From the NCBI RefSeq assembly GCF_964355755.1, contig NC_092672.1, positions 5,642,001 through 5,706,000 of the forward strand: a DNA stretch of 64,000 bases. Reading direction: 5' to 3'. Both the position numbers and the translations under genes were made by a program. The DNA comes from Antedon mediterranea. Lineage: Eukaryota; Animalia; Echinodermata. The notes under the pieces are model-generated. The model had not been told where the DNA came from, searched no databases, and saw nothing but the letters and a program-made list of their open reading frames with translations. This document shows, one piece after another, positions 46,901 through 60,500 of this stretch (its first letter is position 1; each line of letters begins with the position of its first letter).

Positions 46901-49900
46901 AATTTTGATTCAAGCAATATGTAAAGTGTGATAGAAGAAATGGATTAGAAACTTAATATTAATGATTTTTAGAAAATATCTCCAAACTTGAACATATCAT
47001 CATTTTTTGGCACCAAAAGGAGATCATAAATAAATATGGAAGTGCAAGAATTGCATATCATACATCAAGTTATTTGAGTATGATGTTCCGTAACTAGTTG
47101 CATACGATTGCTTAAAGTTTGTGCATCATATGAAGAGTTTGTTTTAATAACATATATGTATACATTATCGTCTTTTCTTTAATAGATGCTTGCATTCCGA
47201 ATCCATGTCAAAATTTTGGAAGTTGTTTGCGCATATCGACGACCAGTCCACTTTACAGCTGTACCTGTACCAGTGGGTATACTGGAAGCAATTGTCAGAC
47301 ACCACCACCATCTGGTAAATGATACCTCAACTCTAGTCTAGACCGTCTCTCCTCCAGAATGATTTTTTTTTCTCACAATATTTCTATGGGGAGCCTATCC
47401 ATAGAGTTATGTTATCCAAATCTAAGCAGAAAAGTTTAACCCATACTTTTAAATATTTTATGATCCGCTGGGGGAAAACATGGAAGCGATGAGATCATCA
47501 TTAGAGATGCCTACTCCTAATGTTAATTTCATCTACATAGAAAAACTTAGTCGCGTAGGGTGATATAATTGCTGATATAATTGAAATAGATGATGTATTA
47601 ATTGGATTTACATCATGTGTACCGTATAGTTTTACAAAATATTGGAGCAAAAGTGATGACGCAATGAGAATCATCTTCTTATTTCGCCCTTAATTTCTTA
47701 CTTCGTTTTTCAGTGAATCCATGTAGTCCAAACCCGTGTCAAAATCAAGGAACGTGTTTTCAGAGCTCGGTAGTTCTTAGTTCTTATACATGTGTCTGTG
47801 TAGCTGGGTATGGCGGAACAAATTGTGAAACAGGTACTGTACTGTAACCTGTCCATGAAAATATTTTCTGACTAACTTTAACACACGATATAGTAACACT
47901 TTGTAACAGGTTTATATTAACCCACCGTATAGTACATTCCTATTGTCAGTTCAGCACTGCCAGCAGTCGACGACATTTTCGACAAACTACTATCTTGACT
48001 TTTTCAAACGCTGAGAGTAAAACCCATTTTACCTGACTCAAACATCTTCTACTGTAGGCTAAATAATTTTTTTTGCGCATCAACAAACAAAAACACTTAA
48101 ATACGCATGCACATAAGGAGCGCTTTCATTTCCCACGAATAAATTCACCTTTTCTATGGAAAACTGGCTTAATAATACAGTCTCTAGTAAGTGTGTCTGT
48201 TGGCGGTGGCTGTCACTGGTATTATATCCACTTACATCTATTATCCGCATTATATTATGGTGGTGGTGTTTTTACTAATATAACCATTTTGTTAACTCTA
48301 GATATCAATGAATGTTCCAGTAACCCATGTGCAAATGGTATTTGTACAAATAACATAAACTTTTTCACTTGTATCTGTTTTTCGGGATATTTCGGCAAAC
48401 GTTGTGAAAATGGTAGGCATGTAGTTATTTGTTTAAACTAACAACATCAAACTTGAATGCACGGTTAAAGATGTATTGTCCCCCTGAAAAATAATTTTTA
48501 CAAATTGTTTTGTTGAATATGCCATTTTAATGTCTCATAATAGTTATCCACTTTGACCAAAAATTGGATCTAAACAAAATTAATTTACCTGAAAAAACTG
48601 ACATTTAAGCGAAAATTGTCAAATTGGCTGCCAGCCAATGGATTTTTGGTTGAATTTAACCATTTATTGTGTTATTTTATAAGTGAAGCATTTTTTTTTT
48701 TCGTTTTTTTTTCTACCGAAGTGATTAACTTTGTTAAAACTACAAAATAACCTATTCAAAATCTGATTGAATTAATCTTCATTTTTCATGCTTTTTGGGG
48801 ACAAAAAGAAGATAAATATAGAGGCCTAATATTGGAAATCACTTGCATTGTATATTGTTTTAACCATTAACTTTGCTAACTTTAGATATCAATGAATGTT
48901 CAAGTAACCCATGTGTGAATGGTGTTTGTATAAATAACATAAACAGCTTTACTTGTGCCTGTTCTCCTGGATATTCCGGCACACGTTGTGACAATGGTAG
49001 GCTTACATACTCATTTAATTGAGCAAAACAGATTTCCTTGATCAAACTAATATAAGAAAGAGGTTTTAAAACAATAGTGAAGGTTATTTTGCACATCAAC
49101 AAAAAAAAAACCACAACACTTAAATACACATGTACATAGCCTAAGTAGCGCTTTCATTTCACACGAAAAAATTCACCTTTTCTATGGAAAACTGGCTTAA
49201 TAATACAGTCTCTAGTATGTGTGTCTGTTGGCGGTGTCTGTCACTGGTATTATATCCACTTACATCTTATATCCGCATTATATTATGGTGGTGGCGTTTT
49301 TATAATATAACCATTTTGTTAACTTTAGATTTTAATGAATGTTCCAGTAACCCATGTGTGAATGGTTTTTGTATAAATAACATAAACAGCTTTACTTGTG
49401 CCTGTTCTCCTGGATATTCCGGCACACGTTGTGACAATGGTAGGCATGTATAATCATTTAATTGATCAAATCAGATTGCCTTGATCAAACTATATAAGAG
49501 AGGGGTTTTACAACAATAGTGAAGGTTCTTTTCCGCGTAGAGACAAGTCGGGAACTTCTGTTCCTTCCTGATTTAATCCAGTAAAAGCTCTGTCTACACT
49601 ATCAAACTAGTTTGACCAAAATAAGATGTGCAAAGTATGGTAATGGCCTAATATGACATCATCATGTCCATTATTACGGCCACATATTTTTTTTTGTCAC
49701 ATAAAGTCAGACAGATAGTGTAGACACTGCACATTCACTCTCAAAATATTATTTATACGTGTATTTTAATGATGCGTCTGTCAGGAAAACTTAATGAATA
49801 CATGTTAAACAATCAACCAAAGACTTCACATAATTCCAAATAAAAATATTAAATGGCACTCAACTCAAACTTGAAGAACTACGCACATTTTTAATATGTT

Positions 49901-52900
49901 TTTATTATTATTATCTCTAGATGCTTGCAATCCGAATCCATGTCTAAATTCTGGGAGTTGTTCACGTATATCGGATAGTCCGCTTTACAGCTGTACCTGT
50001 GCCAGTGGATATACTGGAAGCACTTGTGGAACAACAGTATCTGGTAAATAGTCAAAATAGTCCCAGCAATAAATAAAATAATTTAGGAGTATTGATTGAG
50101 TAGTAAAAATATGTATAATAATAATAATAATAGTAATAATATCCTAGATTTATATAGCGCATAATGTTGTGAAACCTCTAAGAGCTGAACATTCAGTGAT
50201 TTTTTTGGACCAAACACGTATGGAAACACACTCCCAAAATAATTCAGCTAGTAATCAGCGTGAAATTGTGTCTTGATCTAACCGGGTTCCCATTTATACA
50301 CCTGGGTGGAGAGATGCAAACGTAAGTAAAGTATCTTGCCTAAGAATATAAGCAATGATGCGGCGAGAGTTGGATTCGAACCTCGATCTCACGATCAGTA
50401 GTCGAACGTCCAACACACTGCGCCACACGCCCTTTATTTATATGTTTAGGAAGAGGAAAACCTGAAGATCGAAAGTTATGAATCATCCTCCATGTTCGAA
50501 TTTCGATGAAGACAACTTTATTAAAAAATAAATGTTCCTAATACCTGATGTGAAATTTCAGGTTCCGGCGCCGCCGTAATAGATAAAGCAACATTAGCCT
50601 ATAATAATAACATCCAAAATGAATATTTATTGTTTAAAATCTCCTTTTAGGGCCATGTAACAGTTCGCCTTGTCTTAATGGTGGAGCATGTACAGACATT
50701 TCTAATGGTTACATGTGTCAATGTGTACCTGGTTACGATGGAAGCCGCTGTGAAACTGGTAAATTCAAACGTGCCTCGCGCTTTCAAATCTTGATATAAT
50801 AATTTCATACGTCATCATGTTGTGTTTTCACGGATAACAGGTTTCATATAAATTAATGTTCAAGTAACCCGTGTTTGTTGTTGTTTGTGTTTCTGTTGGC
50901 GGTGTCTGCCGCTGATATTATATCCAATAACATACATAATTATCTATTCGCATTATACGGCTCTGGTGGTGGTGTATATACTAATATAAACAGTTATTTT
51001 GTTAACTCTCTAGAAATCAATGAATGTTCCAGTAACCCATGTATGAATGGTGTTTGTATAAATAACATAAACTTTTTCACTTGTACTTGTTCTTCGGGAT
51101 ATTCCGGCACACGTTGTGAAAATGGTAGGCATATATTATTATACTCTATTTCAGACAGAACGTGCACACATAATATTATTCCACGAATAAATTCACCTCG
51201 TGTGGAAAACTTGCTTTAACAATTACAGTTTACGAGCGTACCGTATGTCTGTTTGTGGTGTCATTGATGTCAACTTACATAGTTGTTATGTAATCCGTAT
51301 TAAGCGACTCTGGTGGTGGTGTATTTTCTAATATAACCAGCGGTCTTGTTAACTCTTTAGATATCAATGAATGTTCAAGTAATCCATGTGCCAATGGTGA
51401 ATGTACAGATAACGTAAACAGCTTTACTTGTGCCTGTTCTCCTGGATATTCCGGCACACGTTGTGACAATGGTAGGCATGTATATAATTCATTTCATACA
51501 AAATGTGCACATTCAGGCTCATGGAGGAACAATATACAGTATTATTTATTATTATACAGCCCACGAAAAAAGTCGCCTAGTTAAATTGCTTAATAATACA
51601 GTTTTTCGGACATACTGTGTTTCTGTTTGTGGGATATAATATTCACTTACCACCACACATGTTATGTATGTAGTCGACTCTGGTGGTGGTGTATTTACTA
51701 ATATAATCAGTGGTCTTGTTAACTCTCTAGATATCGATGAATGTTCCAGTAACCCATGTGTTAATGGTGTTTGTACAAATAATATAAACAGCTTTACTTG
51801 TACATGTTCTTCTGGATATTCCGGCACACGTTGTGACAATGGTAGGCATACGAAATCATTTCGTCAGACTTATATAACAGCTGGATTTACAAAACAAGAG
51901 TAAATGTTCACACAGAAACCTGTTCAAACATTTTTGATGAATATATATAACATTGTGCCTATAGTTTACTTGTAATGAAGTGTATTGAACAAGCGAATAC
52001 TTACGTAGTGCGAACCTTTATATGCCAACAACTATTTCTGGTATTTTAATCTTCTGCCTAAACCCAGTAACACCTGCCCACACTCGCTCTCACCAATAAA
52101 CTATCTGTATATGTATATTTTAACATTGATGATTCTGCCTGAAAAAAGGTGAATAAATGGATGTTATAACAAAAGAACTAATTCCTAACTCACCCACATA
52201 AATGAGTTTAAAATCTCATCCTATATAGGAGGCATTTTGTTGTATAAAGGAAACACTGATGTTTAGTACTGATTTTAAACAAGACGATATAGCTACTACT
52301 ACGCTGTAGACATCATGGGCTGAAATCTTACAATATTCAAAATGGCACTAGTTAAACTGAGTTGGCAATATACGCAAATGTTTCTTTTTATTTCTAGATG
52401 CTTGTAGTCCGAATCCATGTCTAAATTCTGGGAATTGTACACGTACATCGGTTAGTCCACTGTATACCTGTGCCTGTACCGACGGATATACTGGAAGCAC
52501 TTGTCAGACACAACTAACTGGTTAGTATTCGAAAGAAACAAATTTTACAAACAAATATGTTTCTAACATTGTGGTGGTTTAAATGTAATAAATTTCTTTT
52601 GTACCGTTTACATTACGGTACATTTTCTATGCTAAACTTTTTCTATATTCATGTAAAAATGTGTAGGCCTATAATAATAATTATGTCGTAATGGGGAAGC
52701 CGAAATTTAGAAATCACAAACGGTTGACTTTATGTATACCAACAGTACCATCAATGATTTTTTTTAGGAGCTTGTGTCAATACTCCTTGTAACAATGGCG
52801 GGGTATGTACAGCAGTGACCGATGGATATACGTGCCAGTGTCAGGCTGGATATATCGGAGAAACTTGTTCCTCCACGGGTACGTAAGAGAGATTAATATT

Positions 52901-54456
52901 AATATAAATATTCCATACGTTTTTGCATTTCTCATGTTTTAATTTAAAAACCAAAACTAGAAATTAAAAATTAAACTTAGTTAGGGCTTGTTAGCAAATT
53001 TTTTCTCAAATCTGGGAAAGCTACTAATAGCTTTTTTTCGCCAAAGTGTTCAGAAACATGTCTACTACATCAACCAATTAGTTCCAAATCAACTCCTAAA
53101 GGAAAATTTTTGGCAGCCATTTTTCAAAATGGTCGCCTATAACACCAAATGTTCTTATATCTCTGTAACTAATGAAGGTAGAGACTTATATTTTGTCTCA
53201 AAATGTTCATAATATAGATATTTATATTTACTCTAATTGAATATTTTTTCCAAAATATCGTTTTATGACCAATTGACCCTTGACCTGACCTTATCAGTAT
53301 CTCAGTTAATACTGGTCATACTCGACTCATAGATACCTCAAACTGGTCTCGATTTATTCAGAATGTACATGTTTATATTTACCGTAATAGAACTAACTCT
53401 TTTTTAACACAATGATTCGAATCAACTTTTTATAATTGTGTTAACCCCGCCTGCGTGAAATCAAACCTGCATCGTCGTCGGTTCCCGCTTGTGATTACGC
53501 AATACAGCACAATACGTCGCTGCGTTGCGTTCTGGTGGAAACCACTCTTTATTTTGTATAACATAGCGTTTACTTTCGTTTCCATTGTTATTTTCTATGT
53601 TGTTTTTAAACCTCAGATCAGTGTGTCGAGATGCCTTGTAAAAACAGTGGTGTGTGCATATCGTTAGAGAATTCATACATCTGCAATTGCGCCGATGGAT
53701 ACACTGGTAACACTTGTTCGAACACAGCAGAGAGTAAGTATACGTTTACACGTACGATTAAAAAAATATATATTTCCATTACATTGACATTCGGATGGAT
53801 ACGTTTTAAATAATTAGGCATTCGGTAAAATGACGTCATAGTAATATGACCAAATTAAACTAGCTCCCTGATACAAAGTTACCTCATATATCATCGTTAT
53901 CATTAACATTAATACGTTTTCAGACGCTTTAGGCCTATAGTTTCTTATTGACAGACAGTTTATAATAGATGACTGTTAGCACTGTAAATAAACTAAATGA
54001 ATTTACACTGTTTGTCTATATTGATGATATTATACATTTCATCTGTGACACCATTTGTCGCGAAAAATTAGGAATAATAATATATAACGTTGCCTTAGGA
54101 ACTATTTTTTGAGTGGAGTTGTGGCTTGGTGGTTATGATGCGTGGCTACCACTCCAAGGGTCCTGGGCTCAAGAGCATCTTGTGTATATGTTTGTCTTGT
54201 GAACCTCACGGTCTCTGATGATCAGCAATTGCTGGATGGATCACCCTAATTAAATATGGTTTAAACCGGCACGGAAGGTTTTATTGATATTTTTTGTTAT
54301 TCCATTTCAGGCCTGACGGATGATGAAGATGAACCAGTTATAGAATGGTACTGGGTTGCACTTCTTGCTGTGTTCGGATTTTTTATTTTTGTTTCGTTTA
54401 TCTTTTGCTACTGCGAATGTTACAAATCAGAACCAGAACACGTTGCCTACTATTAG
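40939..54456 (+). CDS. Reeler-domain + tandem EGF type-I membrane protein (~753 aa if the disrupted exon is skipped)
   Basis: Exons 40939-41140, 44325-44562, 45143-45207 (signal + Reeler: [35 protein letters not shown]...FW). EGF exons 45464-46068 (LINE-interrupted), 46571-46684, 47186-47314, 47714-47833, 48302-48412, 48886-48996, 49329-49439, 49921-50043, 50651-50758, 51014-51124, 51361-51471, 51731-51841, 52398-52520, 52768-52878, 53617-53733 (all phase 1-1). TM/tail exon 54311-54456 ([36 protein letters not shown]). Confidence 0.88.
42364..42670. repeat. 22-bp minisatellite (ctgtccataataggttactttt)n with degenerate trailing units
   Basis: About 8 near-perfect units 42364-42530, then spaced variants. 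Confidence 0.9.
43400..43870 (-). mobile_element. Degenerate LINE RT remnant
   Basis: [15 protein letters not shown]...DRIQNRFL resembles the CR1/L2/Jockey post-RT motif (LVRSHLEYC..VW). Confidence 0.5.
43953..44300 (-). mobile_element. L2-like LINE 3' fragment
   Basis: [39 protein letters not shown]; (TTA)n tail at 43953-43975. Confidence 0.88.
45582..46054 (-). mobile_element. RTE-like LINE 3' fragment inserted inside an EGF exon
   Basis: [33 protein letters not shown]; (GA)n tail; TSD gacact at 45576-45581 and 46055-46060. Confidence 0.88.
50140..50432 (-). mobile_element. tRNA-derived SINE remnant (related fragment ~60820-60930)
   Basis: Minus strand reads gggcgtgtggcgcagtgtgt...aggttcgaatccaactc (A/B boxes); shared gaccaaacacgtatggaaaca with 60898. 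Confidence 0.6.
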
Positions 54457-55865
54457 CACAACTATATATATTACTGGAGGACTGCGAAACTGTATCAAAT
54501 GTTCATATTGGAATTGTCCGCCGTGTTGATCTTTAATATCTGTAATACTTGTGCACCACGGGCCCCGCATTTCTCTGGTTTTTGCTAATGATTTAGTCTA
54601 ATACGTCCAATAGAATTAATTTTCATACAGTAGTAAATGGAGAAAAAAGGTGGTTTATATTAGTTAGTATTTTACCGAGTATAGTATTGTTATTTAACAA
54701 TTTCAATGCATTCTAAAAACGATATCAGACGCATGAATGAGCCTCAATTATAATCTAAGTCACATGACATTATCACAATGCTAGAACAGAAATAATATAT
54801 GTATATTTTATTCCATTATAATAATTATGAGTAGCCAGAGTATCACCATAAGCCTTATTTTTTTAAGATCGACATTTCTGTAGATTATGTAAAATAAACG
54901 GACACATGTAGACCATGGACCTCTAATTTATAGGTCCATGTTTAGACGAATTTAGCCAAATTACAATCATTTTAAAATGTTACACCATCATGTGATACTC
55001 ATGTGAGGCTGTAGAAATTTGTCAACATTTTAAAGTTATTTTCCATCACAATAATTAGGCCTAATTGAAATAGGCCTACAGCATATTAATTTTTTTTATG
55101 ATACACAGTAAAACAATTAATATATAATATAAATGATGTAATGTATGATAACCTTTTTATATCTTAGAATATGTAGGCCTAATTGTAGATATTAAAAAAT
55201 AGAATTATTTTTACATAAGAAAAAACAAAAAAAAAGCTTAATACACGTTTCAGTAACAATGGACCTATGATAATACGAATACCGTCATTGTTTAAACTAT
55301 GCAAGCTCCACCCGATTCTGCAGCTGTCACTAGATACATCTTCACCGACCATCGCAAGTCATCTAGAAACGAGTCTGCGTCTATTAAGTACTTTTTATCC
55401 CTTAATGTAATCAATTATATTTTGGGTCAAACTATCCATGGTACAAACTCTACACTCAAAACACCACGCTATCTAATTTTGTAATTGCTGCCATTTGTAG
55501 GCCTAATTGTTATTTAATTTCTGTAAATAATCGAATAATAATAGTTTCAAAGTCGAAAAGACACCGAAACTCCTCGCCGCTGTCCTATGTGCCGCAGACG
55601 ATCAAGCGCCTGTCCTCGACACATTATCCGACGTTTTCAATCACTTACGGTAGGCCTATAGTTCTTTCGTTTGTTTGCGTTTATTCTTATTCCTCAATTA
55701 AATCACGTAAATGTTAATGTATTGAAAATTGTTTATGTATACCTATACTGATAATCTGTTTAAAATTTTAATTAGGTCTATTATTTTTTTGTATTTTTAA
55801 ATAAATAGATATTATAATAGACTTGTATGTATTTTATTTTGCTGTTCGAATAAACTAATGGTTTA

Positions 55866-56200
55866 ATACCACGTTGAAATACCGGTTCTCGTGAGATCAC
55901 CGAAGTTAAGCGACGTTGGGCCGGGTTAGAGCTTGGATGGGAGACCATCTGGGAATACCGGGTGCTGTATATGGAGCTGGGGTTCCGTTAGGCATTTGAA
56001 ATCAGCATTGCTGACTCTTATGGCAGCCCCTGTATCTGCCTTTCCTCTGGTGAAGGTGGGCACTGGACGAGAGAAGCCCTTGATCAATGCTAGGACCAAT
56101 CAAGGTTCTTTAAACAGTCCTGGCTTTGTTTGTATCAAACCTGTTAGTGGCGGTAATTATTACTGTTGGTTTCGATAGAATAAAATAAAATAAAAAAATA
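55866..56200 (+). mobile_element. 5S rRNA-derived SINE (SINE3-like) or 5S pseudogene with attached body
   Basis: 55866-55969 matches metazoan 5S (ataccacgttgaa...gatcaccgaagttaagc...ttggatgggagacc.tctgggaatacc.ggtgctgta), lacks the first ~9 nt and a T-run terminator, then ~210-bp body and (TAAAA)n tail. Confidence 0.78.
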
Positions 56201-57562
56201 ATAGACCGGCATTACGTTAGTCAAAATAGGCCTACCTTGTCAAAATACGAATATTAAATGCAATAAAATGAGATCAATCATTTAACATCTCCACAAAGAG
56301 AGTCCCATATAGATCAGACAGATCATGTACAACATATTTTGGTCTTTTTTTTAAACAGAAGGCTTTTACACAGACCCCTGAGTTCATATTTGGGAAGTGC
56401 AAACAAATTACAGAAAGAATAAGTTGACCTCCGTATGTCATATAAATACGCATATATATAGCAGTACAATATCAAACTAGTTCGAAAAAAAAAAGTGACG
56501 TGCCCAAATATGGCAGTGATATGACGTCATCATGTCCATATACGGGAACATAACATTTTTTTTTCACATAGGCCTAAAGTTTGATACATGAGGTAACGAA
56601 ACGGATCTACATAAAAACACGCGTAAACGCAACGCAAGCGTGTTGACCAATGACAAGCGACAATTCGAATAATTCATCGCTTGTGATTGGTCAACTCCCT
56701 TACGTTGCGTCTACGTCCTTGCGCTGCGTCCTAATGGGAACCAAGCTTAACGAGCCACTACGATACGGGGCCGTGGCGCAAAAATTTGATTCCTCGACGT
56801 CTCACAGGCAGAAATCATGAATCATTTATACGGTCCAAATTTTATAAAAACGATGACATTAGAGAGATTTTATCAATCCTTTACAGCATGAGTAAAAGTG
56901 ATCTGGAGCTCAGGGGAGGAGGTTGAGTCTCACCCAATAATACGTTTACCAAGTGTTCAAATGTACTTAGAGTATACCGAACGTAGGGCAAAGACCTAAT
57001 AATTTTAGCATGGGTAATTTTACATCATTATAAACTATAACATAGGCCTACTACTAATTTGATTATTGACCAAAATATAGATTGAAAATGCTTCCGTAGG
57101 CCTATTATGTGTTTGAATCTAAACGGAGATATGCCTATGTTCTCGAAAAAATCATCTTGGTTCAAATGATTTATGTTAGTATTTTGGTAAACCACAACGT
57201 TGCAAAAAAGTCTATTTTTTTATGGTTTACCAAAAGGAAAAAAATATAACATAAACAGAGATAGCTATATACATTACTGTACATTGAAAACATTAGTTTG
57301 CTATTTAACTGCTAGGAAGGGCTAAATAAACAGGTAGAATAATGTAGTTCTTATATAGTGTCACTGTTTAAATAATAGTACAATATATCCATAGGAGCGT
57401 AAGAACACAAAAGACATTCAAGGTGGTATTGCTTCTTTTCTGCTGCCATTCAATGTGCTCACTGTGTCGTATCGTTTGATCGCCTATTGTCAGTATCAAT
57501 ATTAAATGGATTTATGTCTCGACTGGACAGTCTACGTTTGGTGTGTATAATCAACAGTCAAA

Positions 57563-60500
57563 ATGGTTGCAAAAAGACTGTTTGATGCAACTGTAACAAT
57601 GATTCTAGGGTTGGTATTAATATTTATATGTAATGTATACGGTTTTGAGGATGGAGCACCTCTGACAGCCTGTACTACTCTAATGCCTGGTCACTTAGGG
57701 ATAAATCCACAACCAAGCAACGTTATACCATTTAGCATTATTCCACAGACATCAGTCTACAGTCCAGGAACAAATTTAGACGGTAAGTACTAAGTGGAAT
57801 GCAAACTAAAGTCTTGTCTACACTATCAAACTTTATGTGTCAAAAAAATGTGATGTGCCCATATATGAACATGATGATGTCATATCACTACCATATTTAA
57901 GCATAGCACTACCATATTTGGGCACATCAAATTTTTTTGACAAATAAAGTTTGATAGTGTAGACAAGGCTTAACACATCTTTGAAATTATTGTAAACATT
58001 CTGTCATAACGTTAATTTTTGTTAAAACGTTTATAAACTTTGCTTGGTGCAATTATGAAAATCATCTCTTATTTTAGCATCTATTTATGATTGTGTGAAT
58101 AATATAATGTAGGTCTATTATTTTAGGACATCTTTAAAGTGTTTTACATGACTTTAGGTAGCATAGCAGGATAAAATAATCAAATTGAAAACTAATATAG
58201 ACTTTTTAACGAAGGGGTTAGAATGATATCCTCATCGTCGTAGACATAAACATTACAAATAAAAGTGATAAAATATGGTTTTTGCCTGACAGACAAATTT
58301 CAGCTTTTCTACGTAAATAACTTTTTTTAGATCCAGTTTTTTGTCCAAGTCAATAACAATTATGTTACATTAAAATGGCATATTCAACAACAAAAATTGA
58401 ATAAAAAACAGTTAGTTAAAAAGTAAATATACAGACGTACGTATAAAGATAGAAATTGATCGGCGAATTTTGCCGCTATAACATGGTTGCCATCACTTAT
58501 TACAATCATGATTAAATTTGTCAATATGCGAGATAGTAGACCCTGCATAGAATCATATATGATGTTGAGTGCCTTACATCTGTGTATTCTTAAGCATTGT
58601 CAAAATGATCAAGTACATTGTTATTACATTAGTTGGGTTAGCCGTTGACGTGGGCAAGCATACATTAAACTGCAGGGGTATTGAACGTGTCCCTGAAATA
58701 AAATAAAATAATATTTTTGAAAACAGTAATTTCAACTCAGCAGTGATTCTCGTACAAGTGGCATATCATAAAGACTATAATATTGAAGCGCATTGTTGTT
58801 TGAAATTAAAAATCCATATCAATGCATAATCCGAGTCGTGCTATAAAGTATTAGTTTTTTGATATAGAAATATCACGTAGACTGACATATACGATTCAGA
58901 TGAAACTAAACCAATAAAATGGGATTACTTTATTCAATAGAAAAGAGCTCACACGTTGATATTACATTATCAACTGTATGAAAAATAACTCGTTAATTAC
59001 ATGATCGTCATGAGAACGACTTCAAGCTCTTATCCACTATTAAACTTTATGTGAAAAAAAATTGTGAAGTACCCATAATGAACATGATGATGTCATATCA
59101 CTACCCTATTTGAGTATATCACTAGGCCTAACATATTTGGGTACATCACACTTCAAACTAGTTTGATAGAGCTTTAAACATGCATGACCCTACAAAACAA
59201 CTCCTACTGGTTGGGATATCTTATGTCTCTCATAGCAATAAATCGTATACAGGTCATATATGATTAAGAATTATTTATTATAATATATTCATTAGTTCTA
59301 TAAAAAGCACTACTGAATTATTATAAATATGGATAAAACTGGAAAAATTAATATTATGAATAACAGAAAACGCTGATGCTATTATTATTATTATTGATCG
59401 TCATGGTGAAAACGAATATGGCGGTTTTAATTAAACGAGAGTTCTTTCATCCTTACCGTTTAAGACATTGGTATATTGTGTATTGATTGTGATCAGTTTA
59501 AACAGCAATTATGATAGTGGAAAAACATATACGAAACTATGACAGTCGATGTTCGTTAATTTAACGTAAATACTGTAGGCTAATAGAATTGGTATGAGAC
59601 CCACATTGTCTTCTAAACGTTACCGAATATATCCCATTCTCACAGATTTCCTCATCTTATCCTTTCAAATGAATTATTAAATTTCAGTATATCACCGGAT
59701 GGTTTAGAATTTATTCCGTGCCTGTGATGATTATATACAAAAAGTAAACATATTAACGCATTGAAAAACTAAATATATAGGCCTATTAAAGTGACACCGT
59801 GAATAAATGTCGTTGTTTGTCTACACTATCAATTTTGACCAAAAAAAAATGTGTGATGTGCCCAAATATGGTAGTGATATGACATCATCATATCCAAATA
59901 TGGACACATCACATATTTGTGTTACATAAGGCTTGATAGTGTAGACAGAGCCTTAATCCCAGTAGTCCCAGAAGGCTTTCTGTTCGACACAGAAAAGAGC
60001 AAATAGGTTCCGCCTTTTTAGATAAGACAGTTTCTATTGTTTATGTTTTATTATAAATGATAATCTTTTAATTCAGAAAACATGTAATTATCACCAGAAA
60101 TAACTGATTATTTGGATATTGGCCTACCAGTATTTCCCAACTGTTATTACTTCAAAACAAATGTTTTTTACTGCACCCTCTTTTGTTCCGTAAATTTTGC
60201 AATAATGAACGTAATCGACCCTGTCAAATTTCTTCAATTTCTTCAAATCACCATTTCATTTTTTTTAATTCGATTGTTCACTTGCTGACGTATGTACCAT
60301 TAGGTTTGGGTAAACAAACAACACAACTTACACTCGATTACACGCATCCTAGTTCTGAACCCGGAAAGCTTAAAAATGGCCGTAGCAAAAATAAATGATC
60401 TTATTATCTGTCGGGTAATCAACAAACACTCACAAACCCAAACGTTAAATTACGCCTAGGCCTACGTATTTATTTTTTTATATACCATTAATTAAGGTAG

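Noticed and set aside
55866-55969. Functional 5S rRNA gene
   Set aside because: 5' end missing, several substitutions, no oligo-T terminator, solitary and followed by a SINE-like body.
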